This document shows positions 18,447 through 26,844 of a DNA stretch of 64,000 nucleotides, piece by piece. Origin of the DNA: an uncultured Clostridia bacterium (lineage in GTDB: Bacteria; Bacillota; Clostridia; Oscillospirales; CAG-272); NCBI GenBank assembly GCA_947630625.1, contig CANRIL010000008.1:10901-74900 (forward strand). The letters are read 5' to 3'. Each line of letters opens with the position of its first letter. Positions within the stretch are counted from its first letter, which is position 1. Below the pieces are notes generated by a model. The model did not search any database. It was not told the origin of the DNA and saw nothing but the letters and a program-made list of their open reading frames with translations. The position numbers and the translations under genes were made by a program.

Positions 18447-19520
18447 ATGAAACGAATCATCGCGCTTCTCCTGGCACTAACGATCCTATCCTTCTCGATC
18501 ATCTCCTGCGGCCCCGGCGAACCCAAAGAGACGGAAGGCAGCACCGCAGCAAACGTCCCGTCCGGCGAGGCAACGGGCGAACCGCAGAACACTGCCGGAG
18601 ATCCCGGCAGCAGCACCGAGGATGAAGAATATTTCGGATATCTTTTCGCGTACTTTGTCGGCAACGCTCCCGAACAGGAGCGCATATACTTCGCCCTCAG
18701 CCGCGACGGTTATCACTTCTCGCCTCTGAACAACAATAACCCCGTCGTCATCTCCCAGAGCGGCACGAAATGCGTCCGCGACCCCTACATATTCAAGGGA
18801 CATGACGGAGCATACTACATGGTGGCAACAGACATGCGCTCCGAGCTCGGATGGTCGAGCAACCGCGACCTCATAAGCTGGCGCTCCGAAGACCTTGTAA
18901 CGTGGGAAGACGAAACAATAATTAAGATCGACGGCGAGTACGGCACGACGATGAATACGACGCGCGCGTGGGCTCCGCAGGCGATCTGGGATGAAGACAG
19001 AGGCGAATACATGATCTATTTCGCACTCTGCTCCGAATTCACAAACGGGCGGACGATAATGTATTATGCTTACTCCCCCGACATGAAGACCCTCTCCACG
19101 ACTCCGAGGCAGCTTTTCGCCCCGACAAACGGGCATGACGCCATAGACGCCGATATAATTTATGAAGACGGGCTTTACTATATGTTCGTCAAGGACGAAA
19201 CATCGGGCGGAATTTTGCTTATGACATCGGATAATCTGACGGGCGGCTATTCCTGGGAAGACGCGAAGCTCGTCTCGCCTCCCGGCCTTGCGGTCGAGGG
19301 CTCGAGCACATACAAGCTCATAGACGGCAGCGGCTGGCTGCTCATTTCGGACGCATACGGCAGCGGATTCTTCACGATGGCGCACACGCCCGACCTCGTC
19401 AACTTCACTCAGCTTGACCAGTCACAGTTCAAATTCAATTCGTTCACACCGCGCCACGGCAGCGTCATCCCGATAACGATGGAACAGTTTGAAACTCTGA
19501 GGCAGGCAAGATGGAATTAA
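18447..19520 (+). CDS. glycoside hydrolase family 43 lipoprotein (arabinan/xylan-active type)
   Basis: Lipobox LSFSIISC. GH43 five-bladed-propeller motifs are present: YLFAYF...FALSRDGYHF, RDPYIFKGHDGAYYMVATD, WAPQAIWDE, EG(S/P). Confidence 0.82.
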   Translation: MKRIIALLLALTILSFSIISCGPGEPKETEGSTAANVPSGEATGEPQNTAGDPGSSTEDEEYFGYLFAYFVGNAPEQERIYFALSRDGYHFSPLNNNNPVVISQSGTKCVRDPYIFKGHDGAYYMVATDMRSELGWSSNRDLISWRSEDLVTWEDETIIKIDGEYGTTMNTTRAWAPQAIWDEDRGEYMIYFALCSEFTNGRTIMYYAYSPDMKTLSTTPRQLFAPTNGHDAIDADIIYEDGLYYMFVKDETSGGILLMTSDNLTGGYSWEDAKLVSPPGLAVEGSSTYKLIDGSGWLLISDAYGSGFFTMAHTPDLVNFTQLDQSQFKFNSFTPRHGSVIPITMEQFETLRQARWN

Positions 19521-19580
19521 GCGCTCGCGCGTGAGCGCCCCCGGGCGCTCTTCCATATTGAAAGGAAAAGGAACTTTATC

Positions 19581-20591
19581 ATGGATTTTATAAAAAGCGT
19601 ATGCAAGCGCTACTTTATCGACGCGATGAGCGCCATGGCAAAGGGGCTTTTTACATCGCTCATAATCGGAACTATTATCGGTCAGTTTGCAAAGATCGAG
19701 GTGCTGTCGTTTCTCTCCCCGCTCTCTGAAGCTCTGTCCGCGAAATCCCCCGTCATAGGCGCCGCGATAGGCGTCGCCGTTGCGACGGGGCTCGGCGCAA
19801 AACCGCTCGTCGTTTTTTCCGCCGCCGCGACCGGCGCGATCGGGTATATATACGGGCAGCCTGTCGGCGCTTATCTCGCCGCAGTCGTAGGCAGTGAGAT
19901 CGCCTCGCTCGTCGTATCGAAGACAAAGCTTGACATAATCGTGACGCCGCTCGCCTCAATTCTGACAGGCGGCCTTCTCGGAGTATACGTCGGTCCCTAC
20001 ATCAGCGCCGCGATGAGCGCGCTCGGCGGATTTATAAATTCGGCGACCTCCTATGCGCCGATACCGATGGGAATCGTTATATCCGTAATCGTCGGCATGG
20101 TGCTGACGGCGCCTATCTCCTCGGCGGCACTCTGTATAATGATCGGCATTGACGGAATTGCCGCAGGCGCTGCCGCCGTCGGCTGTTCGTGCCAGATGAT
20201 AGGATTCGCCGTCGCCTCTTATCGCGACAACGATATCGGCGGCTCCCTTTCGATCGGCGTCGGCACGTCGATGCTCCAGTTCCACAACATTCTGCGCCAC
20301 CCGCAGATCTGGCTCGCGCCGACGCTCGCCTCCGCGATCCTCGGCCCCGTCTCGACCGCGCTTCTAAAAATGACGAACACCGCAACGGGCGCAGGCATGG
20401 GTACATCCGGCCTTGTCGGTCAGTTTGGCGCATACGAGGCAATGGCGCCGTCGTTCGGTTCCGTTGTCACGCTGATCGAAATTCTGGCGATGCACTTCAT
20501 TCTGCCAGCCGTTCTGACGCTGATGTTCGACTATACTTTCCGCCGCATCGGCTTTATAAAACCCGGCTACATGAAGCTGCAGGCGAATTGA
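19581..20591 (+). CDS. PTS EIIC-like membrane protein (PfoR / COG3641-type)
   Basis: 336 aa, polytopic and glycine-rich. The N-terminus KRYFIDAMSAMAKGLFTSLIIGTIIGQ matches what I recall of the PfoR-type EIIC family. No EIIA/EIIB is nearby. Confidence 0.6.
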   Translation: MDFIKSVCKRYFIDAMSAMAKGLFTSLIIGTIIGQFAKIEVLSFLSPLSEALSAKSPVIGAAIGVAVATGLGAKPLVVFSAAATGAIGYIYGQPVGAYLAAVVGSEIASLVVSKTKLDIIVTPLASILTGGLLGVYVGPYISAAMSALGGFINSATSYAPIPMGIVISVIVGMVLTAPISSAALCIMIGIDGIAAGAAAVGCSCQMIGFAVASYRDNDIGGSLSIGVGTSMLQFHNILRHPQIWLAPTLASAILGPVSTALLKMTNTATGAGMGTSGLVGQFGAYEAMAPSFGSVVTLIEILAMHFILPAVLTLMFDYTFRRIGFIKPGYMKLQAN

Positions 20592-20618
20592 ACGGTTCGC
20601 AAATATCGGACACAGAGC

Positions 20619-20660
20619 AAAAAAATCGGGGGAGCCCTTCTTTCGGGGCTCCCCCTTTTA
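20619..20660. terminator. bidirectional rho-independent terminator
   Basis: GGGGGAGCCC-8 nt-GGGGCUCCCC with an A-run before and a U-run after. It sits between convergent genes. Confidence 0.8.
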
Positions 20661-20672
20661 ATATGTCCTTTA

Positions 20673-22889
20673 TCAGAAGTCCGGCAAGAGATGATCTCTG
20701 CTCTCCGTTATAGCGTCGAACGCCTCATCGTGCGTGGCGTTTTTCACATCGTAGACAACGTCTTCAAGCTTTGCCTGATTGCCGATGAACAAAGAAGTTG
20801 CGTATACGGTCGAAAAACCTGTCCCTTTAAGCTTTCCCGGATCAACTTCCTCCGGCACGTCGATAACGAGATTCGAACCGCCGTGCCCCGAGAGAACGGA
20901 AAGGTCGGTAAGCGGGTTTCCGTCAAGGAACAGCCCGTCGTACTTCACCGCGGGAAGCTTTTTTATATCTGTCAGCTTGTTGTCTGTGAAGATGTATACG
21001 ACATACGACGTACCGGAGCTTATTTTTCCGAGATCGGGCAGCGACGTGAGCAGATTGCCGGACACGTCGAGCGAATAGACCTTTGGCAAGCCGGCGAGCG
21101 CGCTTATGTCGGTCAGCTTGTTTTCGCTCACAACGACCGTCTTAAGACCGGCGTTTGCTTCGATCCCGGCAAGGCTCGTGAGCGAGCAGCCGGAAGCGTA
21201 GAGAGATGTCAGCTTTGTGCTTCCCTTCAAAAACGACAGCGAATCGACCGATTTTACGCCGCTCAAGTTCAGCTTTTCGAGCGTGTCCTTGCTTGCGGAT
21301 AACGTGTCAACTCCACGGCATTCGGGATTTCCGCTGATGTCCACGGTTTTGAGCTGTTCGCAATACTTTATCGGTTCGAGCGTCGTCAGCTTGTTGTCAG
21401 AAAAGTCGACGCGCTGAAGATATATAAGACCTGTGATGGGGGTGAGATCGGAAATCGAATTTCCTTCCGCGTAAAGCTCATTTACGGTCTGCATCATCTC
21501 AAGACCGGAGAGCGAGGTAAGCCCGCATTTACTGATGTCGAGTCCGCTGAGCTTCTTCCATTCGGAAATTCCATCAAGCGACGCAATATCGTTCCCTGTT
21601 AACGAAAGCTGAAATATGTTTTCGGGGTGAGCGATCTCCGGAATTTTCGTAAGCTCGTTGTCAGGCAGATAAATATATGAAAGGTGCTCGCCGCCGATGC
21701 CGCGCACCATTTCGTCCGTGACGCCGCAGTTCTGTATTCCGAGCATTTCAAGCAGCGGCATGTTGTTTATAAAATCGAGCTCATCGATCCCGGTGCAGTT
21801 TACAAACCCGAGATTTTCAACGTTCTCCATCGCGCCGAGCTCGGAGACCGCGCCCTTCTCAAACACGCAGTCGGTGAACATGAGCTCGCCGCATTTTTTA
21901 AACGTCGCGAGTTTTCTGACCTGCGGGACGCTGAGCGTAACGCCTGATATGAGCTGCCCCGGCTCGTCGTCCTTATAAGTCTGCCCGCCGAGCACGAGGT
22001 CGCCTTTTATTTCTTCATACGTCGTCCCGCCGTCCGTTTCAGGCTGCGTTTCAGCGTCTGTGCCGCTCGCATCCGTCTGCTCCTGTGTTCCCCCTGCGCT
22101 TCCCGCCGTCGAGCCGCCACCCTCCGTGGAACCGCCGGGGCTGTCCGATCTGAACATACCCGCGACCGCAAAAGAGAGAACGATAACAACTATGACCGCG
22201 AGCGACGCGGCGATCGCGATGACGGCGCGCCGATTCCGCAAAATCGACGATGGTTCGCTGCCCTTGGCTTTTTCAGGCGATTTTTTCCCCGCCCCGCCGA
22301 CTTGTCCGGCAGACTTTTCACCTTCTTCGCGGGTCGGAACACGCTTTTCCGGCATGCCGGGCGCTGCCTCCGGCTGAGAGGCGGAACCCCCTTCCGGTGC
22401 CGTGACATTTTCCGTTACATGCACTGTCGGCTCGGCCATGCGGCAGCTGTCAAGCATTACGACTCCGAAAAGCTTGTCGAAAAACTCACGTTCGCTGCTA
22501 TACTTATATTTATGTATCGACTGATATGTCGAGAGCTGCATATCCATGCCCGGCGACATTGCGACGGGCTCAAGGATAACGGAGATGAAGTCGAGGTCGT
22601 GCGAGATCGCGAAATTTATCTCCCTGCGGCAATTCTTCGACGCGAGCGAATTTTCCGACACAAACGCAAGGCAGACGCGGCACCGCCCAAGATGCTCCGC
22701 GATCGATTCCGGCCATTCCGATCCGGGGTCTATCCCTTCGTCGTACCAGAAGCGGTACCCGCACTCCTTCATATGCCGGAGGATCGGGAAAACAGCGTCT
22801 GTATCCTTATGGCTGTAGCTTATGAAAATATAGTCCTCGCTGCCGCCGTATGGGATTATGCGGCTTGTCGCGTTTGAAATGTCGCCCAT
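20673..22889 (-). CDS. TIR domain - single TM helix - leucine-rich-repeat ectodomain protein
   Basis: TIR_2 pattern YIFISYSHKDTDAVFPILRHMKECGYRFWYDEGIDPGSEW...LAFVSENSLASKNCRREINFA. RNRR + AVIAIAASLAVIVVIVLSFAVAGMF is the only TM segment. After it come about 15 tandem 22-aa LRRs (for example LSGLDISKCGLTSLSGLEMMQTVNELYAEGNSISDLTPITGLIYLQRVDFSDNKLTTLEPI). Confidence 0.85.
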   Translation of the reverse strand: MGDISNATSRIIPYGGSEDYIFISYSHKDTDAVFPILRHMKECGYRFWYDEGIDPGSEWPESIAEHLGRCRVCLAFVSENSLASKNCRREINFAISHDLDFISVILEPVAMSPGMDMQLSTYQSIHKYKYSSEREFFDKLFGVVMLDSCRMAEPTVHVTENVTAPEGGSASQPEAAPGMPEKRVPTREEGEKSAGQVGGAGKKSPEKAKGSEPSSILRNRRAVIAIAASLAVIVVIVLSFAVAGMFRSDSPGGSTEGGGSTAGSAGGTQEQTDASGTDAETQPETDGGTTYEEIKGDLVLGGQTYKDDEPGQLISGVTLSVPQVRKLATFKKCGELMFTDCVFEKGAVSELGAMENVENLGFVNCTGIDELDFINNMPLLEMLGIQNCGVTDEMVRGIGGEHLSYIYLPDNELTKIPEIAHPENIFQLSLTGNDIASLDGISEWKKLSGLDISKCGLTSLSGLEMMQTVNELYAEGNSISDLTPITGLIYLQRVDFSDNKLTTLEPIKYCEQLKTVDISGNPECRGVDTLSASKDTLEKLNLSGVKSVDSLSFLKGSTKLTSLYASGCSLTSLAGIEANAGLKTVVVSENKLTDISALAGLPKVYSLDVSGNLLTSLPDLGKISSGTSYVVYIFTDNKLTDIKKLPAVKYDGLFLDGNPLTDLSVLSGHGGSNLVIDVPEEVDPGKLKGTGFSTVYATSLFIGNQAKLEDVVYDVKNATHDEAFDAITESRDHLLPDF

Positions 22890-22943
22890 CAAAAAAGTCT
22901 CCGTTTCCGCTTTGACTGTCGGGCAGTTTGCCCTTATGTTAAT

Positions 22944-22952
22944 ATAATATCA
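22944..22952 (-). promoter_or_regulatory. extended -10 element (TGaTATTAT) upstream of the TIR-LRR gene
   Basis: Minus strand reads TGATATTAT, about 55 nt upstream of the ATG. A perfect 16-nt palindrome GTTTTTTGCAAAAAAC lies at 22975-22990. Confidence 0.4.
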
Positions 22953-23130
22953 CAAAGCAGCCCAAAAAAACAGTGTTTTTTGCAAAAAACGTTTTACTCC
23001 GCTGACATTTTCACATCTGTGACGGTGGAAATGGCAGTTTTCAGTCAGGCGATTCCGCAGGCGCATCCCGTCGGCGGCTTCAAAATCTTTGCCCGGTTTG
23101 CAAAAGCAATAAAATCAAGCGCCGCCGGTT

Positions 23131-24093
23131 TTAGAAAATTCCCGGCACAATGACCGAAATAATGAACCCGACGGCAAACGAGACGACGTTCGCCGTCAGC
23201 GCGTAGACAACGGCGACCCACGGAGCCTTCGGCTTTTCTTTCTTTGAGAGCCTGTGCAAGAGCAGCCCGAAAATGACGGCTTCGAGCGCGAACACAAGCA
23301 GCTCGAGCGCGATATACATGACCGCGAACAGAAGCTCGCCGGAACTATAATTTATCACGTTTAAAAGGACGTTCAGTATTATCTGAGTTAAGCCGTTTAC
23401 TCCCGCGATCAGTGCGAGCTGCCGCCGCTCGCGGTAGCCGAACGGGAGCGCGATGAGCATCTCGACCGCGAACGTCAGGATTATCCGCAAAAACAGCGAT
23501 ATCAGCTCCCATTTGAAATTATACGACCTCTCAGCCGAAAGCCACGCGTCGTACCGCTCGTTCCCGCTCTGCTCCTCGTCGAATTCGACGCCTCCGATGC
23601 TGACGCCTTCCATATTGACCGTGTAATAGCTGTCAAACGCGTAATGCTCACACGCGCCGCTGACCGCGAACGTCCCGCTTTCCGGGAAATACAAAAGGAT
23701 CTTGAAGTCATGCGGCGGATAGTATCTCCACGCGAGCTCCTTTGTCTCGTCAACGCGCCAGCCCTGCTGCAAAAAGTAGTATCCGTCCTCGTCCTCGTAG
23801 CGGACAAACGCGAGCCATGTGTCGCGGTCAAGGTCTTCGTACCAACCGTATTCCTCGTTGAACGCTTCATCGAGCACTTCAGGATCGTCAAGTGTATCAG
23901 GGTCGCCCTCCCACGCGGAGGCGGGTCCCGTGCTCTTATTTTTCGACAGCAGCGTACCGTAGCAAAGCTCGTCGCCGAGTCCTTCAAACGTCACGACGAC
24001 GGACGGCTTCGGTCCCATATCGGCGCTGACGTTCACCGTAAACAGCAGCAGCGCCGCCGCGCATATCAGAATTGAAAATAACCGTTTGTTCAT
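23131..24093 (-). CDS. hypothetical membrane protein (signal peptide + acidic extracytoplasmic domain + about 4 C-terminal TM helices)
   Basis: Signal peptide MNKRLFSILICAAALLLFTVNVSA. The extracytoplasmic domain is D/E/W/Y-rich and the C-terminal third is hydrophobic. It is the third gene of the ECF sigma operon. I recognise no family. Confidence 0.5.
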   Translation of the reverse strand: MNKRLFSILICAAALLLFTVNVSADMGPKPSVVVTFEGLGDELCYGTLLSKNKSTGPASAWEGDPDTLDDPEVLDEAFNEEYGWYEDLDRDTWLAFVRYEDEDGYYFLQQGWRVDETKELAWRYYPPHDFKILLYFPESGTFAVSGACEHYAFDSYYTVNMEGVSIGGVEFDEEQSGNERYDAWLSAERSYNFKWELISLFLRIILTFAVEMLIALPFGYRERRQLALIAGVNGLTQIILNVLLNVINYSSGELLFAVMYIALELLVFALEAVIFGLLLHRLSKKEKPKAPWVAVVYALTANVVSFAVGFIISVIVPGIF

Positions 24094-24101
24094 GATCTAC
24101 C

Positions 24102-24602
24102 TCATTTCAATCGAATCTCACAAAGGTCTGTTTCGACGGAATAATATTCCGCCACGGTCATGCGGAGCGAATCGAGCAGCAGCCGCTCGCTCCCGATGTC
24201 CCCGGTCACGCTTATGATATAGCGCGCCTCGGCATCATTTCCTGTCTCCCCGTCGGGATCAACACGGCTGACCTCGATCTTCACGCTTTCGGCAACGCCG
24301 TTTTTCTCGCGCCAATACTGAACTACTTCATCGATGGAAATCTCACTGCCTTCGAGCGTTTCCGTCGACAATGTCCCGTCGCTGAAAACATATACTGTAT
24401 ATATGTCAGGCTGCGCTGTCGGCGGCTCGGCGTCGGCGCGAAATGCAAGCGCGAACACAATCGGTACGGCGACACAGAGCAGAACGAACGCCGCGGCCAT
24501 ACCAGCCCACAAAATCACGTACTGGCGGACTCTCACGTGTGCCGACGCGATATAACCGTCGTCCGCCTCGCCGACCGCTTCGAGAATATCAAGCGAATTC
24601 AA
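24102..24602 (-). CDS. putative anti-sigma factor (single-pass membrane protein)
   Basis: The TTG start at 24602 overlaps the sigma stop (TTGA), with AAGGAGGG 6 nt upstream. The N-terminus NSLDILEAVGEADDGYIASA resembles that of the 5485 protein. One TM helix (YVILWAGMAAAFVLLCVAVPIVFALAF). Confidence 0.6.
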   Translation of the reverse strand: MNSLDILEAVGEADDGYIASAHVRVRQYVILWAGMAAAFVLLCVAVPIVFALAFRADAEPPTAQPDIYTVYVFSDGTLSTETLEGSEISIDEVVQYWREKNGVAESVKIEVSRVDPDGETGNDAEARYIISVTGDIGSERLLLDSLRMTVAEYYSVETDLCEIRLK

Positions 24603-25156
24603 ATCAATCCCTCCTTTTCTAACGTCAACCGCAGCTTTTTTCGCGTCCTTGCGAGCATCGACTTGACGCGGCTCTCGGAATATCCGAGCCGCTCGCATAT
24701 AGTCTTGATCGAGTCGAGATACCAGTACCGGCAGAGAAAGACCTGACGTTCATAATCCGACAGCGAACGGACAAACGCCCTCATCACGTCGGCAAGCGCC
24801 TGCCTGTCAAGCTCGCTTCCGGTCGTGTCCGCGGACACAACGCATTCGTCAAGCTCCCCGAGCGCAAGTACGATCTCGCCGCCCCCGCGCTTTTCGGCGG
24901 AGCGGCGGCGCCATTTGTCGATCGAGATGCGGCGCGTTATCTTGCCGAGAAACGTCGAAAGTATGCTCGGCTTATGAGGCGGCATGCTGTTCCATGCGGA
25001 AAGGTACGTGTCGTTCACGCTTTCCTCGGCGTCCTCCCTGTCAGACAGCACGCCGAACGCGATCGAGTAGCAGTATCCGCCGTATTTTTTAGATGTTTCC
25101 TCGATCGCAGTCTCCGACCGCGCCCAGTAGAGATCGACTATTTTTCGGTCATCCAT
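24599..25156 (-). CDS. ECF-type sigma-70 family RNA polymerase sigma factor (paralog 2)
   Basis: MDDRKIVDLYWARSETAIEETSKKYGGYCYSIAFGVLSDREDAEESVNDTYLSAWNSMPPHKP..., with a C-terminal HTH. Start chosen at ATG 25156, which has GGGAGG about 8 nt upstream. Confidence 0.85.
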   Translation of the reverse strand: MDDRKIVDLYWARSETAIEETSKKYGGYCYSIAFGVLSDREDAEESVNDTYLSAWNSMPPHKPSILSTFLGKITRRISIDKWRRRSAEKRGGGEIVLALGELDECVVSADTTGSELDRQALADVMRAFVRSLSDYERQVFLCRYWYLDSIKTICERLGYSESRVKSMLARTRKKLRLTLEKEGLI

Positions 25157-25261
25157 CCGTTCCGCCTCCCATCGGTTTATACTGAAGAGCCCCTTCACCT
25201 ATATACTCGCAAAAAATCATTCACCGGTCGCATATTTCGCAAAAAAAATTTTTTCAATTAC

Positions 25262-25270
25262 AGTATATCA
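25262..25270 (-). promoter_or_regulatory. extended -10 element TGATATACT upstream of ECF sigma paralog 2
   Basis: Minus strand reads TGaTATACT, about 105 nt upstream of the sigma ATG. Confidence 0.35.
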
Positions 25271-25335
25271 TAACCGCATTTAAAGCTCAAGAAAAAAGCG
25301 CCGCCAAACCGGCGTCCGGCAGGCGGGGGAAAGAT

Positions 25336-25562
25336 GTATCAGCGAAAAAAGGCAGTCCATTTGAGGAAAAGACGTGTCAACGAAAAAAGCTATCCATTTG
25401 AGAAAAAGACGTGTCAGCAAAAAAGGCAATCCATTCGGAAAAAAAACAAGTCTTCGAAAATGGCAGTCACTTCGGGAAAAGTCGTGTCAGCAAAAAAGTC
25501 CATCCGTAAAAAACGCGTCAGCGAAAAAAGGCAGCCCTTTGCGAAAAAGGACTGCCTTTCGG
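25336..25562. repeat. degenerate A-rich tandem repeat, six units of 31-39 bp plus a partial seventh
   Basis: Units at 25336-25373, 25374-25410, 25411-25449, 25450-25483, 25484-25514 and 25515-25550. Consensus GTGTCAGCGAAAAAAGGCAGTCCATTTGAGAAAAAGAC. A partial unit ACTGCCTTTCGG follows. Confidence 0.85.
25524..25559 (-). terminator. rho-independent terminator of ackA (formed by the last repeat unit)
   Basis: Minus strand: AAAGGCAGUCC-UUUUUCGCAAA-GGGCUGCCUUU followed by UUUCGC. It lies 25 nt downstream of the ackA stop. Confidence 0.7.
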
Positions 25563-25584
25563 TTATGATTCTTTTAAAGGTAAA

Positions 25585-26844
25585 TTACTTACCTGAAACG
25601 ACTCTTTCAGTGTCGCGCGCTATTGCCAGCTCCTCATTTGTGGGGATGACGTAGACCTTGACGCGGGAATCGGGCGTCGACAGTTCGACGTTATTCGGCT
25701 GATGATGCGTCTTTGCATTGACCTCGCGGTCGATCTTGATGCCGAAGAACTCCATGTTCGAGCAGGCGCGGTCGCGGAGCTCGGGATTGTTTTCGCCCAT
25801 ACCTGCGGTGAATACAACGGCGTCGAGTCCGTTCATCGCGGCGGTATATGAGCCGATATACTTCTGGACCTGATATGCCATAAGCGAGGTCGCAATTCTC
25901 GCGCGGTGCTTCTGCTCCTCGGTCGCCTCATACGGTTCGCCCGTCATCGTGAAGCCCTTTATCGCCGCCTCGAGGTCACGGCTGTCAGACGAGAAGCCGG
26001 AAAGTCCGAGATATCCGCACTTCTTGTTCATGTATTCGTTCATCTCTGCCGGCGTAAAGCCCTCTTTTTCCATGATATACGTCACGGCGGAGGGGTCGAC
26101 GGAGCCGCAGCGCGTTCCCATTACAAGACCGTCAAGCGGCGTGAAGCCCATGCTCGTATCGACGCATTTTCCGCCGTCTACCGCGGTAATTGACGCGCCG
26201 TTTCCGATGTGGCAGGTCACTATCTTCAGCTCTTCTATCGGTTTGCCGAGTATTTTAGCCATCTCGTTCGCGACGAAGCGGTGAGACGTGCCGTGCGCGC
26301 CGTATTTGCGGAGGTTGTATTTCTTGTACATGTCATATGAGAAGCCGAACATATACGCCTTCTCCGGCATGGTCTGGTGGAACGCCGTATCAAACACGAG
26401 TACCTGCGGCTTATGCGGCATGACCGAAAGACACCCCTCAACTCCCATGATGTGCGCGCCGGTGTGAAGCGGTGCGAAATCATAGCAGAGCCTGAGCTTT
26501 TCAAGAACTTCGTCGTTCAGAAGCACGCTGTCGAAGAAATAAGGACCGCCGTGGACAACTCTGTGACCGACAGCTTCAATTTCATCCATATCCTTGATGC
26601 AGCCGAATTCGGGATTCGTCAGATAGTCGATGACTATCTTCATCGCGACGGCGTGATCGGGGAGCGAATATTTAGCGACGTACTTTTCGCCGTTTACCTT
26701 GTGTTCGATCTGCCCTTCCGAACCGGCGGGGTCGCCTATACCAATGCGCTCGCAGATACCCTTCGCGAGCACGTCTCCGTTTGTCGTTTCGAGAAGCTGA
26801 TATTTGAGTGAGGAGCTTCCGGCGTTGACAACAAGTACCTTCAT
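25585..26844 (-). CDS. ackA: acetate kinase
   Basis: MKVLVVNAGSSSLKYQL... N-terminus, HRVVHGG, and a length of 419 aa. Confidence 0.93.
   Translation of the reverse strand: MKVLVVNAGSSSLKYQLLETTNGDVLAKGICERIGIGDPAGSEGQIEHKVNGEKYVAKYSLPDHAVAMKIVIDYLTNPEFGCIKDMDEIEAVGHRVVHGGPYFFDSVLLNDEVLEKLRLCYDFAPLHTGAHIMGVEGCLSVMPHKPQVLVFDTAFHQTMPEKAYMFGFSYDMYKKYNLRKYGAHGTSHRFVANEMAKILGKPIEELKIVTCHIGNGASITAVDGGKCVDTSMGFTPLDGLVMGTRCGSVDPSAVTYIMEKEGFTPAEMNEYMNKKCGYLGLSGFSSDSRDLEAAIKGFTMTGEPYEATEEQKHRARIATSLMAYQVQKYIGSYTAAMNGLDAVVFTAGMGENNPELRDRACSNMEFFGIKIDREVNAKTHHQPNNVELSTPDSRVKVYVIPTNEELAIARDTERVVSGK

Noticed and set aside
20673-22889. Thoeris (ThsA/ThsB) defence system, because of the TIR domain
   Set aside because: No ThsA-like SIR2/SLOG or Macro gene is adjacent. 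In addition, the TIR protein is membrane-anchored and fused to LRRs, unlike ThsB.
25336-25562. Possible CRISPR array, because of regularly spaced repeats
   Set aside because: The units abut each other with no unique spacers. They are degenerate, A-rich and of variable length (31-39 bp), and no cas genes are in the window.
25334-25654. K/R-rich ORFs (106 aa and 64 aa) predicted across the tandem repeat
   Set aside because: Repeat unit lengths (38, 37, 39, 34, 31, 36) are not multiples of three, so the peptide repeat is not preserved in any frame. There is no SD, and the region also contains the ackA terminator.
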